Below are positions 26,804 to 32,000 of a stretch of DNA of 32,000 nt, piece after piece. Within the stretch, counting starts at the first letter, position 1; each line of letters opens with the position of its first letter. The notes below the pieces were generated by a model that was given only the letters and a program-made list of their open reading frames with translations, had not been told where the DNA came from and searched no databases. The translations under genes were made by a program, and so were the position numbers. The stretch spans positions 1,180,064 through 1,212,063 of the forward strand of contig NZ_JHUX01000003.1 in assembly GCF_000619845.1 (NCBI RefSeq). The letters are read 5' to 3'. The stretch comes from Alkanindiges illinoisensis DSM 15370 (GTDB lineage: Bacteria > Pseudomonadota > Gammaproteobacteria > Pseudomonadales > Moraxellaceae).

Positions 26804-27469
26804 ATGAAATTCTCTATAAAAAACGCTGTTTTCAAAGATCCGGTTTTTCAGCCTATTAAAACGCTGGGCGCTACTATTGTAATGACATTGTCATTGTTTA
26901 CCACCAGTGCAGTCAGTGCCAAAACCATCCTGATTTTAGGAGACAGTATCAGTGCTGGCTATGGTATTAATGTAGAGCAAGGCTGGGTGGCAAAATTGCA
27001 GCAGCGCCTTAACCAGAAGTATCCCAAGCAGCATCAGGTCATCAATGCCAGCGTGAGCGGAGAAACGACTAGTGGTGCACTGTCACGCTTGCCCAAATTG
27101 CTGACCACTTATAAGCCGCAAGTGGTGGTGATAGAACTGGGTGGCAATGATGCGCTGCGTGGTCAGCCGCCTGTAGGCATTCAAAACAACCTCACCCGGC
27201 TGGTGAGTCTCACAAAAAATGCCAAGGCCGAATCCTTACTGCTGGGTATGAAAATTCCTCCCAATTATGGCACTGCCTACAGCAAGGCTTTTGAACAAAC
27301 CTTTAGCAATGTGGCCAAGGCGCAGCAGGTTAAACTTGTTCCATTCTTTTTGCAGGGGATTGCAGGCAATAACCAACTGATGCAGCGTGATCTGGTGCAT
27401 CCGGCGGCCAACGCACAAAACCAGCTGCTGAACAATGCCTGGCCGCAAATTGAAAAAAACCTGAAATAA
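26804..27469 (+). CDS. tesA: SGNH/GDSL hydrolase TesA (acyl-CoA thioesterase I / lysophospholipase L1)
   Basis: Block I ILILGDSISAGYG (catalytic Ser), block II NASVSGETT, block III ELGGNDALRG and block V DLVHP. Colinear with E. coli TesA, with an N-terminal signal-like region. The start is uncertain: TTG 26798, ATG 26804 or ATG 26882. Confidence 0.9.
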   Translation: MKFSIKNAVFKDPVFQPIKTLGATIVMTLSLFTTSAVSAKTILILGDSISAGYGINVEQGWVAKLQQRLNQKYPKQHQVINASVSGETTSGALSRLPKLLTTYKPQVVVIELGGNDALRGQPPVGIQNNLTRLVSLTKNAKAESLLLGMKIPPNYGTAYSKAFEQTFSNVAKAQQVKLVPFFLQGIAGNNQLMQRDLVHPAANAQNQLLNNAWPQIEKNLK

Positions 27470-27495
27470 GCCTGCCCCAAAATGTGTTGCTCATT

Positions 27496-27532
27496 AAAAA
27501 GGCGGTCTGTCATTAGCAGAACCGCCTTTTTA
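27496..27532. terminator. Bidirectional intrinsic terminator between tesA (+) and the carbonic anhydrase gene (-)
   Basis: AAAAA-GGCGGTCTG-(loop)-CAGAACCGCC-TTTTT: a GC-rich stem with one bulged base, flanked by an A-run and a T-run, between convergent genes. Confidence 0.85.
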
Positions 27533-27563
27533 TGATCTGGTTGATCTCTATCAGACAATAAAG

Positions 27564-28196
27564 CTAAATATCAAAGAATTCCACTTGACCGGTTTCCAGT
27601 GAATACTCTGCCCCTACTACCTTTAGCTCGCCTTTTTCAATGAGCTGCTCCAGCACGGCTGACCCATGACGTAACTGGTTTACCGATGCCTGCACATTGG
27701 CACGCACTGCATATTTTCGCAGTTTTTCCAGATCATGGCGCAAGTCAGTGTGCATCAGGATTTCCACCGAAGGCCGTACCCGATTCACAATAGACATTAA
27801 ATTACTGGACGGTTTTTGATCCGGATGGCGTAATGCGTCAATAGTTGCAGCAATTGCCCCACAATGGGAATGCCCCAGCACCACCACCAGCGGTGCATCA
27901 TAGCGTTCAGCGGCAAATTCCACACTGCCCACCTGGGATGGCGCAACAATATTGCCTGCCACGCGAATCACAAACAGGTCACCTAGTCCCTGATTAAATA
28001 CAATTTCAGCCGGAACCCGGGAATCGGAACAACCCAGAATAATGGCAAATGGATTTTGCTCTTTGGCCAGCGTCGCACGCTCGACCAGACTTAAATGTGT
28101 GTCCTTGGCAGGTTTTCCTGCGACAAATTCTGCATTACCCTGTTTTAAGCGTTCAAGCGCCTCTTGTGCAGTAATCATCACGTATTTGCTCAACAT
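27564..28196 (-). CDS. Beta-class carbonic anhydrase
   Basis: 210-aa ORF with zinc ligands in GCSDSRVPAE and GHSHCGA, plus FVIRVAGN. Confidence 0.9.
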   Translation of the reverse strand: MLSKYVMITAQEALERLKQGNAEFVAGKPAKDTHLSLVERATLAKEQNPFAIILGCSDSRVPAEIVFNQGLGDLFVIRVAGNIVAPSQVGSVEFAAERYDAPLVVVLGHSHCGAIAATIDALRHPDQKPSSNLMSIVNRVRPSVEILMHTDLRHDLEKLRKYAVRANVQASVNQLRHGSAVLEQLIEKGELKVVGAEYSLETGQVEFFDI

Positions 28197-28400
28197 GGTT
28201 TAATTTTAACGCCAGTATTATAACCAAACTTTTACACTTTGCTGATAGGACTTCTTGGCTTTGTTGATGTGCTGGGTACAGGATGAAAAGGAATTAAAGT
28301 ATTTCCTACAATTTCCAACAAAATGGGAACTTTTTATTAGCATGCATTTGAATTCAGGAACTTACAATGACTGCTTTAGCGTAAGCACAGTATAGATGAC

Positions 28401-29687
28401 ATGCAAAATTCTGAGTTGTGGAACCGTTTTGAAGGCTGGCTAGACCAGTATGACTGGATGGAAATGCTGCTAGGATTGGGCGTATTGCTGCTGGTGGCCT
28501 GGATTGCCAACTGGCTGGCCAAGCATGTAATTGTGCGTGGGGTTCGCCGTTTTAGCCAGTTGCTGCCATTAAACCGTAACGGGGCATTAAGCCGGTTTAA
28601 GGTGATTGACCGGTTTGCCAATATTGTACCAGCGCTAGTGATCAAAGTAGGTATTGCACAGGTTCCACACCTGTCACCAGGCATTATTAGAATTGTAGGG
28701 ATGCTGGCTCAGGCCTGGGTGTTTATTACCATTGTGCTGACCATTAGCGCCGCACTGAATGTAGTGAATGAGTTATACCAGCGCCGTCCGGTTGCTCGCA
28801 ACAAGCCGATTAAAGGCTATTTGCAACTTGTCAAAATTATCCTGTTTATCGTTTGCGCGCTCTTGATTATTGGTACGTTCCTGCAAAAGGATGTATTTAC
28901 CCTGCTGGCTGGTTTTGGCGCAATGGCTGCTGTACTAATGCTGGTATTTCAAAATACCATCTTGTCTTTGGTCGCCAGTGTCCAGATTTCATCCTATGAC
29001 ATGGTGCGGCTGGGTGACTGGATTACCATGCCCGGACTCAATGCCGATGGTGATGTAATTGATATGTCACTGAACACCATTAAAGTCCAGAATTTTGACA
29101 AAACTATCACCACCATTCCTACCAACCGCCTGATTACTGATACGTTTATGAACTGGCGTGGCATGAGCGAATCCGGTGGACGACGGATTAAGCGGGCCAT
29201 CTTGCTGGACCAGACCAGCGTGCATTTTCTGGATCAGGATGAATACCAGCATTTAAAATCGTCTTTCTTGCTGGATAAATACTTGGATGAAAAAAATCAG
29301 GAAATTGCAGCATGGAATGAAAGTCTGGGACCACAGGCCAACAGCAAACTTAACCAGCGCGCGCTCACCAATCTTGGTACTTTTCGGGCTTATATCCAGA
29401 ATTACCTGCAACATCATCCGGGCATTCATCAGGAAATGACCTTGCTGGTGCGGCAGCTTGAGCCAACAGCGCAGGGTTTACCACTAGAAATTTACTGCTT
29501 TAGCAACAGCACTGACTGGGCATTTTATGAAAATGTGCAATCCGATATTTTTGATCACCTGCTGGCAATTTTGCCGGAATTTGGCTTGCGGGTGTTCCAG
29601 CAACCTAGCGGCGCTGACCTGGCACATATGGGTTTGGTTAGTTTTTCTGCCTCGCATGAAAACACGCCAATGCAGCAAGAACACTAA
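28401..29687 (+). CDS. ybdG: MscS-family mechanosensitive channel, YbdG (MscM)-like
   Basis: 428-aa ORF colinear with E. coli YbdG: [27 protein letters not shown] vs [91 protein letters not shown]. No SD precedes the ATG. Confidence 0.9.
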   Translation: [428 protein letters not shown]

Positions 29688-29748
29688 TCTGTAATACCTC
29701 AATTCTGGGGCTTTCAGGAAGAAAAATCCGCAGCATCGTATTTTGATG

Positions 29749-29781
29749 AACACGCCAGATCAATTGCTGGTTTGGCGTGTT
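29749..29781 (+). repeat. Inverted repeat (9-bp perfect stem, 15-nt loop) downstream of ybdG
   Basis: AACACGCCA (29749-29757) pairs with TGGCGTGTT (29773-29781), about 60 nt after the ybdG stop. No T-run follows; A-runs follow instead. It is therefore not a canonical terminator and its function is unknown. Confidence 0.5.
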
Positions 29782-29884
29782 AATTGACCTAAAAAAATTA
29801 AAAAAATAGTCTGATTGCCAATTGTAATTTGTTGCTGTCTGTTACGCTAAATGCGATAACAATCTTTTTTCAGGGAATAGAGGT

Positions 29885-30889
29885 ATGTTGAAAAAAATTT
29901 GCAAGCCATTACTACCGCTTGTCATGGCACTGGGGTTGACTGGAATCACTGCTGTAGCAGCACAGGCTGCGCCCCTGACCCAGCAAAGTTTCCAGCAGGT
30001 TTTACAGGAAGAACGTACCTGGGCTGGCTTAACCACCCATACGCTTAAAGTAGGTGACATTGAATGGACCTATAGTGAAGGTGGCGACAAAGCCAAGCCA
30101 ACCGTGATGCTGGTGCATGGCCTGTCCGGTAGCCGAGACAACTGGAACCGGGTAGCCCGTTACCTGACACCTTATTACCATGTCATTATTCCCGACCTGC
30201 CTGCACATGGCGACACCAGGGTTCCGGCAGACTTTGACCTGCAAGTGCCCAATATGGTGGAAGCCCTGCGCCGCTTTACTGAAGCTGCCGGAATCAATAA
30301 AAACCTGAACGTGGCGGGTCACTCACTGGGTGGTGCGGTTGCTGGCCTGTATGCAGCGCAATACTTTTTTGATGTGCAAAGCCTGCTGCTGATTGACAGT
30401 GCTGGCGTATTCAAGACTGCCCAAAGTCCTTATTTAAAAGACCCCACCCTGCTGCGCAATATTGTGGTGTCCAAGCCCGGCGACTTTGATAACCTGATGA
30501 AAATTGCCATGTACAATCCACCGTTTATTCCGACTGCACTCAAGCAGGAACAGGAAAAAGTGATGATTGCGCAAGCGGACAATACCCGTAAGGTGATTGA
30601 GCAACTCATTAAACTGTACGGCTATTATACCCCGGAAACCTTTGCACTGGCAGCTAAAGCCATTGAAGCCCCAACGCTGATTATCTGGGGCAAGCAGGAC
30701 AAGATCATTGATGTTAATGTGGTGCCGGAACTAAAAGGCCTGATTAAAAATGCACAGGAACCGGTGATTTTGCCAAATGTCGGTCATACGCCTATTCTGG
30801 AAGCCGAGCAGCTGGTTATTCAAAAATACCTGCCCTTTTTGCAAAAATCAGTGGCCACACCCAATCCGTTTGCCGGATCAGCGCCTTAA
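29885..30889 (+). CDS. Secreted alpha/beta hydrolase, Moraxella lipase 3 (Lip3)-like esterase/lipase
   Basis: 334-aa ORF with a Sec signal peptide (MLKKICKPLLPLVMALGLTGITAVAAQA-AP), an oxyanion region VMLVHGLSGS, a nucleophile elbow VAGHSLGG, and later IWGKQDKII (Asp) and VGHTPILE (His). Several blocks resemble Moraxella TA144 Lip3 as I remember it (IIPDL, MYNPPFIP vs MYKPPYIP, PTLIIWGKQD vs PTLVVWGDKD). Confidence 0.8.
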   Translation: MLKKICKPLLPLVMALGLTGITAVAAQAAPLTQQSFQQVLQEERTWAGLTTHTLKVGDIEWTYSEGGDKAKPTVMLVHGLSGSRDNWNRVARYLTPYYHVIIPDLPAHGDTRVPADFDLQVPNMVEALRRFTEAAGINKNLNVAGHSLGGAVAGLYAAQYFFDVQSLLLIDSAGVFKTAQSPYLKDPTLLRNIVVSKPGDFDNLMKIAMYNPPFIPTALKQEQEKVMIAQADNTRKVIEQLIKLYGYYTPETFALAAKAIEAPTLIIWGKQDKIIDVNVVPELKGLIKNAQEPVILPNVGHTPILEAEQLVIQKYLPFLQKSVATPNPFAGSAP

Positions 30890-30944
30890 CACAGGCTTTG
30901 GTTAGGCTCTGGTTTATTAAACACTTTTAGTCTTCGAGAAACTT

Positions 30945-31943
30945 ATGATTCATCCCAAAGCAGAACAACTATTACAGGCCCAGTTGCGTTATATCCTGCT
31001 GCAATTGCAGTCCGAGCAAACCGTCAGCGATGAGGTCAATACGCTGGTCGCCCACCTGTCTGACAAGCCTGTTGAACAACTGATTACATTGGAACACTTG
31101 CAGGCACTGCTGGGCAAGCAGGCACTGGAGTATCCGGTACAAGCACACCTGACTGAGCAAATTGTGTCACAAATCCAGTTTGCCCTAACGCATGCCAGCA
31201 ATGACAGTATCAAGATTGCGGACCTGGTTCCTGCTGATTCAGTAGAAACGGTAGCGCAATACCTGTCCTCGCAAAAAGAGCATCGTGAAGCCTTTATTCA
31301 CCGGATTTTCAGTAACCCGGCTTATGCTCAGATGCTGTCACAAACCATTAGTCATGCCATCAATGACTATATGGAAAACAATGTGATTGCCAAGAAAATG
31401 CCCGGCATGGGTAGCCTGATGAAAATGGGCAAAAGCGTATTGGAAAAGGCAACTGACAGCAATCTGGATTCGGCCTTACAGGGATATTTAAGCAAAAATA
31501 TCAATAACCTGATTGCAGTCAGTGAAAAAATGGCCAACCGCCACCTCAATGACCAACAGGTATATCAGCTCATTAAGCAAGGCTGGCAAAGTGTGGCACA
31601 GCAGCCTGTGAGCATGGTTAATAACTATGTGGACAATGATGGCCTGACCAGCGGCGCGCAAGTGATTAGCCGCACCTGGGACAGCCTGCGCAGTAGCGAC
31701 TATATCCGCACTCAGGTGAATGATGGCATCGCGCACTGGTACAGCCAGAACAAACATCATACGCTGGGCAAAATCCTGCGCGATGTCAACGTGGATGCTG
31801 CACTGATTGAGCAGGAACTCAAACTGGCGATTATGCCGGTGGTACGCCAACTGATTGAAGAAGGCTATGTGGCCAAGCGTGTAGAAGCCCGCCTGCGTGA
31901 TTTTTATCAGACCAGCGAAGTGGCCGCCATTTTTGCTGACTGA
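30945..31943 (+). CDS. Hypothetical protein, no recognisable family
   Basis: 332-aa ORF 55 nt downstream of the lipase gene on the same strand. It has no signal peptide or TM segment, its composition suggests an all-helical fold, and it contains a Met/Lys/Gly-rich segment KKMPGMGSLMKMGKS (31392-31439). Coding status is supported by its length and the absence of any competing ORF. Confidence 0.7.
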   Translation: MIHPKAEQLLQAQLRYILLQLQSEQTVSDEVNTLVAHLSDKPVEQLITLEHLQALLGKQALEYPVQAHLTEQIVSQIQFALTHASNDSIKIADLVPADSVETVAQYLSSQKEHREAFIHRIFSNPAYAQMLSQTISHAINDYMENNVIAKKMPGMGSLMKMGKSVLEKATDSNLDSALQGYLSKNINNLIAVSEKMANRHLNDQQVYQLIKQGWQSVAQQPVSMVNNYVDNDGLTSGAQVISRTWDSLRSSDYIRTQVNDGIAHWYSQNKHHTLGKILRDVNVDAALIEQELKLAIMPVVRQLIEEGYVAKRVEARLRDFYQTSEVAAIFAD

Positions 31944-32000
31944 TCATTTTTGCTAAGTACAATATTAAGCAAATTAAAGCGCATGGTTTGATTTAAGCAG

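Noticed and set aside
28376-28684. 102-aa minus-strand ORF overlapping the ybdG 5' region.
   Set aside because: It is antisense to the well-supported ybdG coding region and has no SD or motif.
30945-31943. Lipase-specific foldase (Lif) downstream of the lipase gene.
   Set aside because: It has no N-terminal membrane anchor and none of the conserved Lif motif (RxxFDY(F/C)L(S/T)A) that I can find. Lip3-type esterases are not known to need Lif. It is kept as a protein of unknown function.
1-32000. Window-wide look for CRISPR arrays, tRNA/rRNA genes, IS elements with terminal inverted repeats, integrases, phage genes and defence-island gene sets.
   Set aside because: I found no spaced repeat arrays, no cloverleaf-compatible conserved tRNA boxes in the intergenic gaps, and no transposase-, recombinase- or nuclease-NTPase-type ORFs. 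Every ORF over 60 aa that is not a shadow ORF is accounted for above. Apart from the TA pair, the window looks like conserved core chromosome.

Overview
This 32-kb window is a gene-dense, mostly core-chromosomal segment of a gammaproteobacterium. It is probably Moraxellaceae/Acinetobacter-like. That is inferred from protein resemblance (GpsA, a Moraxella Lip3-like lipase, an isolated gspL-gspM pair), not from any search. I can support about 31 protein-coding genes, nearly all housekeeping. In window order they are: rapA (5' part, runs off the left edge), rluA, a vapC/phd-type toxin-antitoxin pair, hemL, a DUF2939-like membrane protein, thiE, purF, cvpA, pyrD, gspM, gspL, sixA, gpsA, a ydjA-like nitroreductase, a PhaC-like Cys-nucleophile hydrolase, a small lipoprotein, rhlB, a cold-shock protein, a tusA-like protein, rpoH, a DUF423 protein, thiS, thiG, a beta-class GST, an EpmA-like protein, pdxB, ybbP, ybbA, tesA, a beta-carbonic anhydrase, ybdG/mscM, a secreted Lip3-like hydrolase and a 332-aa protein of unknown function. 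I see no rRNA, tRNA, CRISPR array, IS element, integrase or phage gene. Several intrinsic terminators and a few intergenic palindromes are readable. I did not find a convincing new multi-gene system. The items most worth a second look are these: (1) an intact EpmA/GenX-like ORF in which nearly all class II aaRS catalytic-motif residues are substituted; (2) the FitB-like VapC plus Phd/YefM antitoxin cassette inserted between rluA and hemL, with a palindromic operator candidate; (3) a secreted lipase plus unknown 332-aa protein pair; (4) a lone class III-like PhaC homologue. All family assignments rest on by-eye motif and colinearity comparison with remembered reference proteins. No database search was run.
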